A stretch of 48,591 bases of DNA, taken from contig PMWA01000080.1 of the NCBI GenBank assembly GCA_003166335.1, forward strand, positions 1 to 48,591, given 5' to 3'. Numbering within the stretch: the stretch's first letter is position 1; every line of letters starts with the position of its first letter. The DNA comes from Methanobacterium sp. Its GTDB lineage: Archaea > Methanobacteriota > Methanobacteria > Methanobacteriales > Methanobacteriaceae. The translations under genes and the position numbers were made by a program. Positions 9,133 through 21,887 of this stretch are shown here, one piece after another. The notes beneath the pieces are model-generated. The model saw nothing but the letters and a program-made list of their open reading frames with translations, searched no databases and was not told the origin of the DNA.

Positions 9133-9576
9133 TTATTTTGGTGGTAAAGTTACTGTGTTAAACCAATAATGTTCGATGGATTTAATTACTTTAATAAATT
9201 TATTTAAATCGATAAGTTTGGTGAGATAAGCATTAGCATAGTTCTTATAAGTATGATTTATGTCCCATTCTGACTGAGATGTGGTTAAAACAATCAAGGA
9301 AATCTGTTTTAATTGAGGATCTTCTTTAATCTCTTGTAAAACCTGCCTACCATCTTCCTTTGGTAAGTTCAGATCCAGTAATATGAGATCCGGACGCACC
9401 GCATCAGAGTGTTTATTTTTTCGATGCAGAAATTCCATGGCTTCTACTCCATTAGTCACCATATGCTTGTTATTTTTAATTTCACCCTCTTTAAATACTT
9501 CAATCATCAATCAGTTATCTCCTAAGTTATCTTCTATTAATAGAATCTCAATAGGTTTAATGATATCAACCTTCAA
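9133..9576 (-). pseudogene. Stand-alone response regulator (Rcp1-like receiver) with an in-frame nonsense codon
   Basis: AGGTGA RBS and TTG at 9576 give MKVDIIKPIEILLIEDNLGDN*LMIEVF with TGA at 9513-9511. PDLILLDLNLP is present; the usual KP motif reads KL. Confidence 0.8.
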
Positions 9577-9982
9577 GAAGTGTTCACCTTCTTAGGAATC
9601 GAAGAATAGATGTTCTTATAAAAATAACTTTTAAAGGTTTAAAATTCATTTATAACATCAATTAAACTAATAAAATTAAATTTTCATTAGTATTTAATAA
9701 TGTATAGTGTTGTACTTGACATCTTCTTAAATATTATGTTTTAATATTTTTATTGTAATTGCATGATGAGTGAATAAGATTTTAATTCAGAAATCAAAAC
9801 TATTGTAGAAAGAATGAAAAATTCATTCGTTTGGCTTATTAAAATTTGAATCATGTATTTAAAAAATTCAAGAAATAAAGTGGAGTAGTAACACATTTGA
9901 GAGTTAAATAAAAAAATATATATTTATCATTAATAATAATGACATTCAATTTGTTTCAACATGCTTAAGTGGAAGTGAGAAT

Positions 9983-10189
<207 letters not shown>

Positions 10190-10198
10190 GTGAGTTAA

Positions 10199-11803
10199 TT
10201 GGCTAATAATTTACTTGATCTAACTATTATAGTTTTAATATACTTAGCATTGATTATTTATGTGGGATACGTGGCCTGGCGGCGTACTAAGTCTGCGGAT
10301 GATTATATGGTCGCTGGAAGGGCAACCCACCCATTTATAATGGCTTTAAGTTATGGTGCTACTTTCATCAGTACAGCTGCCATTGTAGGTTTTGGTGGAG
10401 TAGCCGGAGTATATGGAATGGGATTACTATGGCTCACCTTTTTAAACATACTGGTAGGTATATTTATTGCATTTGTATTCTTTGGGAAACGCACCCGAAA
10501 GATCGGTCATAATCTAAAAGCATTAACTTTTCCCGAGTTATTATCGCGACGTTTCAACAGTAAATTCATTCAATACTTCAGTGGAGCGGTAATATTTTTA
10601 GGAATGCCACTGTACGCATCGGTAGTTTTAATAGGAATGGCCAGATTTGTCGAAACAACCCTTAGCATCAATTATAATATAGCTTTAGTGGCTTTAGCTA
10701 TTATAGTATCAGTTTACGTTATTTTTGGTGGTATAAGAGGTGTAATGTACACCGATGCATTACAGGGAACCATAATGTTCATAGGAATGATAATTCTACT
10801 AGGAGCAACTTATTGGATATTGGGAGGTGTAACAGGAGGTAACCAAGCTCTCACCAACTTGATTCACGTAGTACCCGCTCAATCAACTGCCGTAGCAGCA
10901 GCTACAGGATTCACAGGTTGGACTTCTATGCCATCCTTAGGAAGCCCATTCTGGTGGACCCTGGTAAGTACCCTGATATTGGGAGTGGGAATAGGAGTAC
11001 TATCACAACCTCAACTAGCCGTAAGATTCATGACAGTGAAATCAAACCGGGAACTCAACAGAGCAGTATTGATTGGAGGAATATTCATTTTCATGATGAC
11101 CGGAACTGCCTTTATTGTCGGGGCGCTTTCCAATGTTTATTTCTTCAATACTATAGGTAAAATAGCTATACAGGTTGTTGGAGGTAATGCTGACAATATA
11201 ATACCTGCATTTATCAGCGCAGCAATGCCTGTATGGTTTGCCTACTTATTCATGATAACCCTACTTTCCGCGGCTATGTCCACTCTCTCTGCTCAATTCC
11301 ACGTGCAGGGAACATCTTTAGGACATGATATATATGAAACTGTTTCTGGAAAGAAAGGCCGAGCATCAGTCCTGATGGCCCGATTAGGAATAGTAGTAGC
11401 GGTTATTATAGCAGTTATACTAGGATTCACCCTACCACCTAACATCATAGCTGTGGGAACTGCTATGTGGTTTAGTTTAGCCGCAGCTGCTTTCCTCTCT
11501 ATGTATGCCTTCGCATTGTTCTGGAAACGTTCCACCAAAGCTGGTGTAATCTCTGGTCTGGTTATTGGAACCGTAGTCAGCGTATTCTGGATTGTATTCG
11601 AATTTACAACATCTGCAGAGGCATTGGGTATTTCTAAAGCATTAACAGGTAAATCTGTGCTTATAACAACAGCTCCATGGCCTACTGTTGATTCCATAGT
11701 AATAGCCTTGCCAATAGCATTTGTGATTACAATTGTGGTGAGTCTGCTGACTAAACCACCTAGCAAAGAACACATTGAAAAATGTTTCAGTGGAGTAAAA
11801 TGA
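10199..11803 (+). CDS. Sodium:solute symporter family protein
   Basis: DYMVAGR, GGIRGVMYTDALQG, PQLAVRF, SAAMSTL; multi-pass hydrophobic. Confidence 0.95.
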   Translation: MANNLLDLTIIVLIYLALIIYVGYVAWRRTKSADDYMVAGRATHPFIMALSYGATFISTAAIVGFGGVAGVYGMGLLWLTFLNILVGIFIAFVFFGKRTRKIGHNLKALTFPELLSRRFNSKFIQYFSGAVIFLGMPLYASVVLIGMARFVETTLSINYNIALVALAIIVSVYVIFGGIRGVMYTDALQGTIMFIGMIILLGATYWILGGVTGGNQALTNLIHVVPAQSTAVAAATGFTGWTSMPSLGSPFWWTLVSTLILGVGIGVLSQPQLAVRFMTVKSNRELNRAVLIGGIFIFMMTGTAFIVGALSNVYFFNTIGKIAIQVVGGNADNIIPAFISAAMPVWFAYLFMITLLSAAMSTLSAQFHVQGTSLGHDIYETVSGKKGRASVLMARLGIVVAVIIAVILGFTLPPNIIAVGTAMWFSLAAAAFLSMYAFALFWKRSTKAGVISGLVIGTVVSVFWIVFEFTTSAEALGISKALTGKSVLITTAPWPTVDSIVIALPIAFVITIVVSLLTKPPSKEHIEKCFSGVK

Positions 11804-12049
11804 ATCTCCACCTACTTTTTCTATTTTTTTGAAGAGATAACTTTTAAAGATAAAAATAAATTTTTTACAGGTTTTGCTCATTCTTAAGGAATTAATATCA
11901 ATTTATTTTACTTAAATTTGCATTTAGGAAGGTATAAGTATAACAGAGTATATATTATTAATTTACTGTTCAATTGAAAAATTTAATTTTATTAAATTTT
12001 TTAATTTATTTAATTAAAAAAAACCGATTCTTATTTAAGGTGATATTTT

Positions 12050-12274
12050 ATGAGGATAATGGAAGAAATTATAGGTAAAGAAGTTCTTGATAATTCTGCA
12101 ATTGTTATTGGTAGAGTAAAGGATATAGAAGTTAATATAGAAACTAATGAAATAGAAGCTTTAGTATTAGGTAAAGGCGGAATTAAAGAAAGTCTTGGTC
12201 TTTCTGGTGATGAAATTATTATATCTTATGATATAATAAAAGGAATAGGGGATAAAATACTCATAAATCGGTAG
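12050..12274 (+). CDS. PRC-barrel domain protein
   Basis: IIGKEVLD...IGRVKDIE...IKGIGDKILI. Confidence 0.9.
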   Translation: MRIMEEIIGKEVLDNSAIVIGRVKDIEVNIETNEIEALVLGKGGIKESLGLSGDEIIISYDIIKGIGDKILINR

Positions 12275-12484
12275 TTAATTAGGTTTAGACTTTACAAATC
12301 TAATTTAAATATTTAAAATTAATTAACAAATAAGATAATTTAATAAAACATTTGAATATTGGATCTTTTTTTCTAAAATCTTCATAAAAATTCTTTAAAT
12401 AAATTTTTAGAAACTTTAATATTGTTTTTTTTAATAAAAAATCTTTAAATATTATATATTTTGGAATTGTTAGGTGAAAATTTA

Positions 12485-13009
12485 ATGAAATCTAATTCAG
12501 ATTTAATTGAACTTCTTAAAGAGAATGAAGTCATTAAATTCGGTAAATTCAGGCTTTCCTCAGGGATTGAAAGTCATTACTACGTGGATATGAAGAAGGC
12601 TATTACTAATCCTCGGATACTCGGAGAAGTAGCGGAAATATTATCTGGTAAAATAAATAAAATGTGTGTCGATAGGGTGGCCGGCCCAGCATTAGGAGCT
12701 ATACCAATTGTCACTGCAGTTTCACTCTATTCTGGACTTCCCATGATTATGATCAGGAAAGCTAAAAAAGATTACGGAACTACTAATCTATTAGAAGGTG
12801 ATTTGGAGAAGGGAGATTTAGTGGTTGTATTCGAGGATGTGACTACCACTGGTAATTCACTTTTAACAGCAATTGAAGCCGTTTTAGAGAATGGCGGTAA
12901 TGTTGAAAAAGCTTTTGTGGTCGTTGATCGGGCGGAAGGTGCTATAGATAATCTTGGAGAGAAAGGAATTATTTTAGAGCCTTTGGTATCAGTTAATGAT
13001 TTGAAGTAA
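12485..13009 (+). CDS. pyrE: Orotate phosphoribosyltransferase
   Basis: [31 protein letters not shown]; start moved to the ATG after AGGTGA. Confidence 0.95.
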   Translation: MKSNSDLIELLKENEVIKFGKFRLSSGIESHYYVDMKKAITNPRILGEVAEILSGKINKMCVDRVAGPALGAIPIVTAVSLYSGLPMIMIRKAKKDYGTTNLLEGDLEKGDLVVVFEDVTTTGNSLLTAIEAVLENGGNVEKAFVVVDRAEGAIDNLGEKGIILEPLVSVNDLK

Positions 13010-13104
13010 AGTAAATTTTTTATTAAAACAACTTTATTTATTACATTAAATTTTAATAGTTCTATATATCTAAAAAAAAATTATATCTTTAAGGTGGAAA
13101 TTTT

Positions 13105-13314
13105 ATGAATGTATTATTAGGTGCAGCGGGTGCTTTTTTAATTATTATCGGTTTACTCAGACAATTCGTTCCAGCTACACTACACATAAGTTACCATATA
13201 ATTATATTACCTGGTTACTTTATTGTTGGGTTAGGATTTTTGATAATTATTGCAGGTTTTTTTGTAAATGTACCTGGAAAATTAGAACCAAATAATAAAA
13301 CCAAAAAAAATTAA
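13105..13314 (+). CDS. Small two-TM membrane protein
   Basis: AGGTGG RBS; two hydrophobic stretches. Confidence 0.7.
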   Translation: MNVLLGAAGAFLIIIGLLRQFVPATLHISYHIIILPGYFIVGLGFLIIIAGFFVNVPGKLEPNNKTKKN

Positions 13315-13347
13315 GATATCGTTCTTATTTCTATAAAAAGTTTTTTT

Positions 13348-13872
13348 TTATTCTTTTAAATGTTTAACCAGATGTTTCAACTCCGGTAATATTAATTTAA
13401 GACCTAATTTAACCGCATTAGGAGATCCAGGTATTGAAATTATTAATGTTTTTTTATAAACTCCTGCAGTAGCCCTACTTAATAAAGCACCTGTTCCAAG
13501 TTCTTTATAAGTTTCATATCTAAAAATTTCTCCGAATCCAGTAAGTTCCTTCTCAAATATAGCTTTAAAAGTTTCAATAGTTATGTCTCTACTCCCTATT
13601 CCAGTTCCACCGGTAGTGATTATTACATCAGCCTTTTTATTTTCAATAATATCTATTACTTGGGATAAAAGAAGTTTTGACTCATCTGGTATTATAGAGT
13701 AGGATACTAATTCGTTTTTATTTTCCACAGCGTCTGTTATCATCTTTCCAGAGACATCAGTTTGTTTTGATTGGAGATAATCCTTATATTTTGAATCACT
13801 TAAAGTTATAACTCCAATTTTTACTTTTGATGGCGATTGTTTTCGATGTTCTTCCATACTTTGACTTTTCAT
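13348..13872 (-). CDS. moaB: MogA/MoaB molybdenum cofactor biosynthesis protein
   Basis: [33 protein letters not shown]. Confidence 0.93.
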   Translation of the reverse strand: MKSQSMEEHRKQSPSKVKIGVITLSDSKYKDYLQSKQTDVSGKMITDAVENKNELVSYSIIPDESKLLLSQVIDIIENKKADVIITTGGTGIGSRDITIETFKAIFEKELTGFGEIFRYETYKELGTGALLSRATAGVYKKTLIISIPGSPNAVKLGLKLILPELKHLVKHLKE

Positions 13873-14099
13873 TATTTTTTACACCAATAATAATTCAGCA
13901 TTTTTTTTTAATAAATTTATTTTTAAAGTAATTTATCTTAAATGAATTATTGGATTTAAATTAAACATTTCATAATATTTATATTATTAATATGTTTAAC
14001 TAAAATTAATTGAATGGAAATAGTTTAAATAAAGTGGATTGTAGAATATTTTCAAAATTATAAATATATTTTAGAAAAAAAGTAAAAATTCATTATTCT

Positions 14100-14197
14100 A
14101 TTAAAACGGAGTGGAGGAAGGGCTTAGGTCCAAAACGGAGGCGGTTTATATTATTGCGAAAGAATAAACGACGAGTCTAAACACGCCCTTCCTCAAC
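14100..14197 (-). ncRNA. Candidate structured RNA closed by a perfect 10-bp stem (strand not certain)
   Basis: GAGGAAGGGC (14114-14123) pairs with GCCCTTCCTC (14185-14194); inner GTTTAT/ATAAAC stem; GC-rich island in an AT-rich spacer; BRE/TATA at canonical spacing on the minus strand. Confidence 0.6.
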
Positions 14198-14218
14198 AAT
14201 AATATTTATTTTTAATAA

Positions 14219-14234
14219 CATAAAAACCTTTTGC
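14219..14234 (-). promoter_or_regulatory. BRE-TATA-like promoter for the structured RNA
   Basis: Minus strand reads GCAAAAGG-TTTTTATG, centred about 26 nt before 14197. Confidence 0.5.
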
Positions 14235-14370
14235 ACATGGTATGGTAAATATGTTAAAAATCATTTTAGCGATTGAATCCCAAAATGATTAGATTTAATA
14301 ACTAATATTTACAAATTTGGTCATTAAAACATAGAAAATTTAATATAAACGATTTTAACAGGTTTCAGAT

Positions 14371-14883
14371 ATGGTAAAAAATAAGGTTTATGTTCTGGAT
14401 AGTTCTGGAATTATTGGAGGATTCTTCTCTAAAAAGTTTGCAAATTTCACTACAAGCCAAGTTATAAATGAAATTAAGGATTTAAAATCAGAGATATTTC
14501 TACAATCTGCTCTGGAAAATGGACATATAACCATTAAGGAGCCTGCACCTCAAGATTCTAAACAAGTAAAGAGGGTTATAACCGAATCAGGAGATATATT
14601 AAGATTATCTGATGTAGATAAACAAGTTATAGCATTAGCTTTAACTATTAAAAGAGATGGAATGGATCCTATAGTAGTTACAGATGATTATTCAATCCAA
14701 AACGTTCTTAAAATCATTGGAATATCCTATCGAAGTGTTCTAACCAAGGGAATAGAAAATATCGTTGGATGGATTAAGATTTGCAAAGGATGTAAAAAGA
14801 AGTATCCTTCAAACAATTCTTTAACCGAATGCGAAATATGTGGTTCTCCCATCTATCGGAAAAGAATAAAGAAGATAGAATAA
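14371..14883 (+). CDS. nob1: NOB1-family PIN endonuclease with Zn ribbon
   Basis: [24 protein letters not shown]...CEICGS. Confidence 0.92.
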   Translation: MVKNKVYVLDSSGIIGGFFSKKFANFTTSQVINEIKDLKSEIFLQSALENGHITIKEPAPQDSKQVKRVITESGDILRLSDVDKQVIALALTIKRDGMDPIVVTDDYSIQNVLKIIGISYRSVLTKGIENIVGWIKICKGCKKKYPSNNSLTECEICGSPIYRKRIKKIE

Positions 14884-14967
14884 ATCATCTAAAAAAAAAT
14901 TAATTAAGTAAAATTTTAATTAAATGAAATAAAAAAAACCGTATTAGTTTCAGGAGAATTCATTCTA

Positions 14968-16128
14968 ATGACGAAGAATAATTGTAACAACAGAACCTTG
15001 ATTAATGTTGATCCCATGCTTATTGGTGTGGTGGTTCATGGCCCGGAAATAGTGGATTCAGGATACGCTGCAAAAATAATTGATATCCTCCAGGATTATG
15101 GGGAGGTAAAAGCCAGATTAGGCGGGACCATGGGTAGAACTGCTGTTTTAGATGCGGAACTTGAGAGTATAATTGATATAAGTCAGAAATTACTGCCCAG
15201 CCAATCCATCAACAAATTCGTTGAGGAAGGATTAGATATAATTTTTTTAATTAACTATGGGAAATCAAGCTTGACTGGACACACTTTTGGATTCAAAGTG
15301 CTGAATAATTGCCCGGGTAATCCACCTTTAATCCAAATTGAAAGACCAGGCGAAGCTGATGGAAGTTTGGTGGCATGGAAATCGGATATTGAAAAATTTG
15401 CAGTAATTTTAGCTAAAGAACTTAATATAGAGATGATTAATCCCACGAGAATAGTAACTGAAATTAATAGTAAGTCACGCTACACTCAAGAAAATCTTAA
15501 ATCGTATCGTAAAATTGCAGGTGTATCACCCCAAGAGAACCTGTTCGTAAATGGTATAGTAGTAGGAAAATCTACTACTAATGAAGTCACTATTGTTGCT
15601 GAGGATGGAATTATAACTGCTATCGATGGTGGTGAAATTAAAGGACATGGAATACAAAAATTGGGCAAAATTGATCTTGGGAAAGCTATTATTAAAACAG
15701 GTTTGCTTAGGAAATCCGTGGTTAAACCTCGTGTTTTAGAATCCCCAAAGAATTATAAATCCCCAAAAGTAGCTTTCCTGAATCATGCTGCAGAGGATAT
15801 TTATAAATTTAATAATATGGATATGGTCGTTACTGTAGGTGATGATACGACATTAGTCGCTGCTGATATATTATATCGGTTTAATGTACCTATTATAGGG
15901 ATTACCGATGGTGATTTAGATAAAGTAGTTCAAAAGGGTTTCATAACTACTGGATCAGTAATAGTGGAGCTTGAGAGTGGATGTGATGATTATATTGGTG
16001 AAAAAATCCTCTTTGAACTTTTTAATGGAAAAGAAACCATGAGAATAGAAAATATAGAAAATTTTAAAAATGAATTAATACAAATTATAAATAACACCAC
16101 TAAACGCTATAATATTAAATACAACTGA
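14968..16128 (+). CDS. DUF2117 family protein
   Basis: [34 protein letters not shown]. Confidence 0.88.
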   Translation: MTKNNCNNRTLINVDPMLIGVVVHGPEIVDSGYAAKIIDILQDYGEVKARLGGTMGRTAVLDAELESIIDISQKLLPSQSINKFVEEGLDIIFLINYGKSSLTGHTFGFKVLNNCPGNPPLIQIERPGEADGSLVAWKSDIEKFAVILAKELNIEMINPTRIVTEINSKSRYTQENLKSYRKIAGVSPQENLFVNGIVVGKSTTNEVTIVAEDGIITAIDGGEIKGHGIQKLGKIDLGKAIIKTGLLRKSVVKPRVLESPKNYKSPKVAFLNHAAEDIYKFNNMDMVVTVGDDTTLVAADILYRFNVPIIGITDGDLDKVVQKGFITTGSVIVELESGCDDYIGEKILFELFNGKETMRIENIENFKNELIQIINNTTKRYNIKYN

Positions 16129-16202
16129 ATTATAAGCTAATAATTATATATATTTATTTAAATATTGATCAAAGATTGACTATGAATTATTTCTAAATTG
16201 AG

Positions 16203-17198
16203 GTGTCCCATTTGGATTTAAATGCGCTTATTAATTCTATAAGGAATTTTGAAGGAATTAAAAGGAAGAATCTCATAAAAGATGTCACTGACATTCTTCA
16301 GGATAGTTATAATGTTTCTGGAAAAACAGTTTTAGGCTTTGGAGATGATGCTTCAGCTATAGACATAGAAAATAATCAATTACTCCTTCTGGCAGCTGAT
16401 GGAATGTGGGGTAAGTTAATGGATGCCGATCCAAGATGGGCAGGTTATTGCTCTGTTCTAGTGAATGTCAATGATATAGCTGCTATGGGTGGTATACCAA
16501 TGGGTATGACTAACATATTATCAGTTAATGATCATGCCGTATGTAAAGCTATAATGGAAGGAGTAAGAGAAGGCGTCCATAAATTCGGAGTACCCATGGT
16601 GGGAGGTCACGTTCATCCTGATACTCCTTATAATGCTCTGGATGTTTCAATAACTGGAATAATTGGTAGGGATGATGTTATTACTAGTGGAGGTGCTCAA
16701 GTCGGTGACTGGGTGATAGTTGCTATTGACTTGGATGGGAAGCCCCATCCTAAATTTCCCTTAAATTGGGATACTACGACTATGAAGAGTCCTGAAATGG
16801 TACAGGAGCAGATAGCTGTTATGAACAGTATTGCAAGTAAGCATCTGGTTACTGCAGGTAGAGATATAAGCAACCCAGGAACATTGGGTACTTTGGGGAT
16901 GCTTCTGGAGTCATCGGGTGTAGGTGCGCTGATTGATTTAGAAAAAATTCCTAGAAATGATAGTGTAGATTGGTATGATTGGCTTAAACTTTACCCAGGA
17001 TCTGGTTTCGTTTTAACTGCTGAAGAAAAGAATGTAAATGAATGTTTGAAACTCTTAGAGGATGTTAATATAACTTCAAAGGCTGTAGGTAAGATTATTG
17101 AGGAGAAAAAATTTTATTTGACTTACAGAAACCAAAAAGAGGTTTTATATAATTTTGATAAAGATAAAATTATGGGTGTTAAAGAAAACATATCTTAA
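16203..17198 (+). CDS. Methanogenesis marker protein 2 (PurM/AIR synthase-like)
   Basis: [32 protein letters not shown]. Confidence 0.92.
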   Translation: MSHLDLNALINSIRNFEGIKRKNLIKDVTDILQDSYNVSGKTVLGFGDDASAIDIENNQLLLLAADGMWGKLMDADPRWAGYCSVLVNVNDIAAMGGIPMGMTNILSVNDHAVCKAIMEGVREGVHKFGVPMVGGHVHPDTPYNALDVSITGIIGRDDVITSGGAQVGDWVIVAIDLDGKPHPKFPLNWDTTTMKSPEMVQEQIAVMNSIASKHLVTAGRDISNPGTLGTLGMLLESSGVGALIDLEKIPRNDSVDWYDWLKLYPGSGFVLTAEEKNVNECLKLLEDVNITSKAVGKIIEEKKFYLTYRNQKEVLYNFDKDKIMGVKENIS

Positions 17199-17251
17199 AA
17201 AAAAATAATGAGGATTTATGATTAAATCATCTTATAAATGGGGATTTTTTT

Positions 17252-18790
17252 ATGCTAGTTAAAATTAACGGGGAGGAATTACACCTTCCTGATGGTTCCA
17301 CCATAAGAAATGCCATAGACGCGTTTAATGCACCTTATATGGAAGGTTGTGTTTTAGGCTTAATACAGGGTAAAGAAGAAGTAGAAAGCCATGTAAATAA
17401 GTATAGTTTGAAAACAAGCAAGGGCAGTATTATAATCGAACTGTTAAATAATGCTTCTGAGAAGATTGTTGAAACTTGGAAGAAGAGGTATAAAGATTTT
17501 AATGGTCTGCGTATAAGATGGACTACCAGTAATGATGTAGCATTAGGTCCTATAAAAACAGATTTAGAACCTACCCGGGAAGAATATGAGTATGAACGTT
17601 GGGATGTTATTTTAAGTCTTTCTGGATTTACTTCTGAAGCTACACATATTATATTTAGTAAAGATAAGCATCGAGCAGTATATGGTGTGCCCGGAAACCA
17701 TAAAGGTGTTTTCGCCCGTGTTGTAGGTGGTAAAAGAACTATTATGAAACTCACAGATAAGGATGTTATAAAACAGGTGAAACCGGTTGTGGAGAGGAAG
17801 AGTATAGTGAAAAGTGCAGCCATAACTAATTTGGATACACAAATTTCTGCAGGGAATGAAATATTCACTTATACTTTAGTAGAAACCACGAGTAAATCTC
17901 CTCAATCAGCTGAACATTTCTTCGCTCTTTCAGATGAGGGTAATATACGTATTGACTATGAATCTAATTCATTTGTAGGTTTTTACAGTTTACAGGGATT
18001 GGAAAGTCCGCAAGAATATGTGGATCAGCGTAAGAGAGGGACTGTAACTCTCAGAAACACTGGCAAAGGCGTTGGGAGAGTATATATTTACCGGGAGGAT
18101 CGAGTATCAACCCCTTCCCATTCAGTTGTGGGTGAAGTTCTAAAGGGGATGGAAATTCTGGACATCGCTCGAACGGGTGATATGGTTACATTTAAAACTG
18201 AACCGGAGCGAATAATGACACTTTCTTTAACTCAGAAGAAAGCTGAAGAATTATTACTTAGGCAAGATATTAAACAGGTGAGGGATGGTATTTTGGATGA
18301 TGATGCGATAATCATTAGACAGGAACCCCGTTTCACTATGGATATTATTGGAGAGAAGCAGGTTAAAACAGTTGGTATAAATAAAGAGGATTTAATTTAC
18401 ATAACCATTTATGATGATACTCCTCGTTCATCTTGGTACTTTAAAAAGATAACTGGTCTTATAGATTCACCAGTAGGTTCCCTTAAAGTTCACCTTGCCT
18501 ATCCTAGCATGAAGGTTATGATGTTTCAAGGAAGTCCTAAAGATTCTAAAGGTTTAATACCTGAAAACAACCCCAAAGAAAAGGTGGAAGCAGGAGAGAT
18601 AGGCTTAACTAACATGTCCAAAAGGTTTACGGGGATGTTAGGCGTGCGTTTTGAGGATAATAATGAATTCGGCCCTACAGGGGAACCTTTCCAAGGTACT
18701 AATATTTTAGGGAAAGTTGTGAAAGGAATTGAAAATTTGGAGAAATATAAGGAGGGAGAAACGGTTTATGTCACCACTAGAAAACCCTAA
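17252..18790 (+). CDS. Methanogenesis marker protein 3 (cyclophilin-like, MCR-associated)
   Basis: [35 protein letters not shown]. Confidence 0.92.
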   Translation: MLVKINGEELHLPDGSTIRNAIDAFNAPYMEGCVLGLIQGKEEVESHVNKYSLKTSKGSIIIELLNNASEKIVETWKKRYKDFNGLRIRWTTSNDVALGPIKTDLEPTREEYEYERWDVILSLSGFTSEATHIIFSKDKHRAVYGVPGNHKGVFARVVGGKRTIMKLTDKDVIKQVKPVVERKSIVKSAAITNLDTQISAGNEIFTYTLVETTSKSPQSAEHFFALSDEGNIRIDYESNSFVGFYSLQGLESPQEYVDQRKRGTVTLRNTGKGVGRVYIYREDRVSTPSHSVVGEVLKGMEILDIARTGDMVTFKTEPERIMTLSLTQKKAEELLLRQDIKQVRDGILDDDAIIIRQEPRFTMDIIGEKQVKTVGINKEDLIYITIYDDTPRSSWYFKKITGLIDSPVGSLKVHLAYPSMKVMMFQGSPKDSKGLIPENNPKEKVEAGEIGLTNMSKRFTGMLGVRFEDNNEFGPTGEPFQGTNILGKVVKGIENLEKYKEGETVYVTTRKP

Positions 18791-19187
18791 AGTCACTAGG
18801 ATGATTATTCTGGGACCTTCAGCTAATATAAGTCAATCTGAACTTGTAAGGAAATTACATATGATGGAACTTCCACTTACCATTAAATCCACCTGTTACG
18901 GAGCTGCTGTAAGTGGCGATGAAGAAATTGTTAAAAAAGCTATAGAAGATGTCAGGGCATTGGATCCCTATAACATATTCTCCAAGGATAGAGGATTCCC
19001 ACCTGGAGATCCTAGAAGATGCAGAGCTAAAAGAGGAGGAGCTAGAGAGGGCTTTCATCAATTGGAGAGGGAATTTGAATTATTAGACGCTGTGAGTAAC
19101 GCTTTGGAGCATCCTCAAAAAGTAAGCCTCAAAAAAGCTAAAAAAGTGTCACCTGAAGAATTTAAGGAAATAGCAGAGGAGAATTGA
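18768..19187 (+). CDS. Methanogenesis marker protein 6
   Basis: [30 protein letters not shown]; start refined to ATG 18768. Confidence 0.9.
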   Translation: MSPLENPKVTRMIILGPSANISQSELVRKLHMMELPLTIKSTCYGAAVSGDEEIVKKAIEDVRALDPYNIFSKDRGFPPGDPRRCRAKRGGAREGFHQLEREFELLDAVSNALEHPQKVSLKKAKKVSPEEFKEIAEEN

Positions 19188-19573
19188 AAATGAAAATTAC
19201 AACTTCATCAACGGGAACGGAAATAGAATCATTAGCCCTAACCATACATAAGCTAGTAAATGAATTACCCGTAACCATGCGCACTAGAAACTCTAATGGA
19301 ATTCGATTAGAAAAAGGTGTTATTGTGGAATATGATTATACCGGCCCTATTTTAGAGAAAGTGCTAGATAATGGTAAAAAATGTGGTGAAACACCAGAAA
19401 ATGGTCCTTATAAAGGAATACCAGTATTAGTGGTTCCTTTAATAGAAGATGATGAAGTTATAGCTGCTATTGGCGTGGTGGATATAACTAAAGGAATTTA
19501 CAGTGACATAATGGAGATCACTAAAAGGTCACCGTCAAGAGAATCAAAGACATTAAAGGAGGGAAATCTGTGA
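19184..19573 (+). CDS. DUF2111 family protein
   Basis: [33 protein letters not shown]. Confidence 0.85.
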   Translation: MKMKITTSSTGTEIESLALTIHKLVNELPVTMRTRNSNGIRLEKGVIVEYDYTGPILEKVLDNGKKCGETPENGPYKGIPVLVVPLIEDDEVIAAIGVVDITKGIYSDIMEITKRSPSRESKTLKEGNL

Positions 19574-20016
19574 AAATAGCCATATTTCCACCTAACTCTC
19601 TGATATTAGCAGATTTAGTGGAGCGTAGAGGACATGAACCTCTGGTTCTCCAGAGAGAGATTAGGAAAAGGGTAAGTACTCCTGAGATTGATTCACCTCC
19701 ACTTAATATGACCGAAGAAGACCCAATAAAAGGTCTTAAATATGCTGCTATCGAAGTACCTTCAGGTGTTAGGGGTAGAATGGCTTTACTCGGTCCATTA
19801 ATTGATGAGGCTGATGCTGCTATTATTATGGAGGATGCACCTTTCGGTTTTGGATGTGTAGGTTGTGCTCGTACTAATGAATTATGCATGTTCAATCTTC
19901 GTAAAAAGAATATTCCCGTACTTGAACTTAAATATCCCACTAATAGAGAGGAGACTCAAGAAGTAGTGAACAAGATCAACGTATTTTTAGATAGCCTGGA
20001 GGAGAATAATGGTTAA
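19570..20016 (+). CDS. Methanogenesis marker protein 5
   Basis: [39 protein letters not shown]. Confidence 0.93.
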   Translation: MKIAIFPPNSLILADLVERRGHEPLVLQREIRKRVSTPEIDSPPLNMTEEDPIKGLKYAAIEVPSGVRGRMALLGPLIDEADAAIIMEDAPFGFGCVGCARTNELCMFNLRKKNIPVLELKYPTNREETQEVVNKINVFLDSLEENNG

Positions 20017-21241
20017 AATAGCTCAAATATCATGCGGAACAGAGTATAGCGGTGTGCAAAAGGAGATTGAAAGAGCGGCCAGTACTTTTGGTGCTGAAAT
20101 AATTATTCCTGAGGCTGATCTAGATTATATAGAAGAGGCTTATCAAAAATTCGGTTTTAACACTGCTAGTTCTGGTTTAAAATTGATGGTTGCTCGCGCC
20201 ATGTCCTTAGTGGAAGGTAAAAGTGATGCTGACGCTGTTTTCATTGCAACTTGTTTCAGATGTGCCGAAGGAGCTCTCATCCGTAATGAACTAAGACGAT
20301 TCATTCAACAGAATACAAGTTTACCAGTGGTTACTTACTCCTTCACTGAAAAAACCAAGGCAGATGAACTTTTCATCAGAATGGAAGCATTATCCACCAT
20401 TGTAGCTCGTAAAAGCTTGTTAGCTCGTGAAAAACAGGAAGGCTTAACTATGGGTATTGATTCTGGTTCCACTACCACTAAAGTAGCGGTCATGGAGAAT
20501 AACAAGATTATTGGAACTGCATGGTTAACTACCACTGACGTGATTGAAAATGCTAAAGATGGAATGGCAACCGCATTAGAAGGCACTGGATATAAACAAT
20601 CAGATATTGAGGGTATTGGAGTAACAGGTTATGGAAGATTAAGTATAGGAAAATATTTAAATGCGGATTTAATTCAGGAAGAGTTGAGTGTAAATTCTAA
20701 GGGAGCTGTTTTCCTAGCTAAACATCAAAAGGGTGAGGCTACGGTACTGGATATTGGTGGAATGGATAATAAAGTCATCACCGTTAATGATGGTATACCA
20801 GATAACTTTACTATGGGAGGTATTTGCGCTGGTGCATCGGGCAGATTCCTTGAGATGACCGCCCGTCGATTAGGTGTAGATATCAGTGAACTAGGAGCAC
20901 TTGCATTGAAGGGGAATCATGAGAATGCTCGTTTAAACAGTTACTGTATAGTATTCGGTATCCAGGATTTAGTGACATCATTAGCGGCGGGTAGTAGCAA
21001 AGAAGATGCAGCTGCTGCAGCATGTTATAGTGTTGCGGAACAAGTTTATGAACAGCAACTTCAGGAAATTGACATTCGCGAGCCTTTGATACAAGTAGGT
21101 GGGACTTCATTAATCCAGGGATTGGTTAATGCAGTGAGCTGTGTCCTGGGCGATATAGATGTAATTGTTCCTGAGTATTCACAGTATATCGGAGCTGTGG
21201 GTTCTGCTCTTATAGTTTCTGGTTTAGGTGTAAAGAAATGA
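20009..21241 (+). CDS. Methanogenesis marker protein 15 (CoA-substrate activase-like ASKHA ATPase)
   Basis: [42 protein letters not shown]. Confidence 0.93.
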   Translation: MVKIAQISCGTEYSGVQKEIERAASTFGAEIIIPEADLDYIEEAYQKFGFNTASSGLKLMVARAMSLVEGKSDADAVFIATCFRCAEGALIRNELRRFIQQNTSLPVVTYSFTEKTKADELFIRMEALSTIVARKSLLAREKQEGLTMGIDSGSTTTKVAVMENNKIIGTAWLTTTDVIENAKDGMATALEGTGYKQSDIEGIGVTGYGRLSIGKYLNADLIQEELSVNSKGAVFLAKHQKGEATVLDIGGMDNKVITVNDGIPDNFTMGGICAGASGRFLEMTARRLGVDISELGALALKGNHENARLNSYCIVFGIQDLVTSLAAGSSKEDAAAAACYSVAEQVYEQQLQEIDIREPLIQVGGTSLIQGLVNAVSCVLGDIDVIVPEYSQYIGAVGSALIVSGLGVKK

Positions 21242-21792
21242 AGATAGAATGCTATGATGAAACTGGAGCAGAAGTTTATGACATGGTTGTAAGACAAATA
21301 CTCCAGGATCTACAGCTTTCAAGAGCTATTAAGGATTTAAGAGTGTATGTGGATCCTCGTGAACCAGTATTTATCATCGTATTAAGTTATGAGAAAACCG
21401 CACCAGATGTACACTTAGAAGATTTCGCTGAATATGAATATGATACAGAATCTAATGAAGCATTTTTAAGGATTAAAGACGAGAAATACCTTCCAGAGCT
21501 CCTGGCGAAATTATGGGAATTGGAGGGGAGGAATAAAATACATCAGACAAGTAGATATGAGGTTATAATAGATGATCCTCAAGTTGATCTCAAAAACTTA
21601 GTGGTGCATAATCCAGAAGAGAATCTTAGAAAGAAAATTTATGATGCTTTATTTCGCATCATCCCTGAGGGTTTCCGGGTGGTGGAGCATTACTCTGAAG
21701 GGAATATTATTGCTTTAACAGCATCTGATGAGGTTATTAAGAAAGAATGGCTTGATAATACTATGGCTATTGTTGAAGAATTGAAAGAATGA
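21238..21792 (+). CDS. Methanogenesis marker protein 17
   Basis: [28 protein letters not shown]. Confidence 0.9.
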   Translation: MKIECYDETGAEVYDMVVRQILQDLQLSRAIKDLRVYVDPREPVFIIVLSYEKTAPDVHLEDFAEYEYDTESNEAFLRIKDEKYLPELLAKLWELEGRNKIHQTSRYEVIIDDPQVDLKNLVVHNPEENLRKKIYDALFRIIPEGFRVVEHYSEGNIIALTASDEVIKKEWLDNTMAIVEELKE

Positions 21793-21887
21793 AATAATAT
21801 TTACCTAAAATGTTTTAAAATGAATTTTTTATGCTATCGTAAACTGGGAATTTATATAAAAAAATCTTTTTATGGAGGAAATAATTT

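Noticed and set aside
9511..9513. In-frame TGA as selenocysteine recoding
   Set aside because: The position is not a Cys site in receiver domains, and other lesions nearby indicate decay.
14103..14180. Arg/Lys-rich frame KTEWRKGLGPKRRRFILLRKNKRRV, superficially L41e-like
   Set aside because: No start codon after the upstream in-frame stop; the base composition is better explained by RNA structure.
14100..14197. tRNA interpretation of the hairpin
   Set aside because: No TTCRA T-loop or cloverleaf spacing on either strand.
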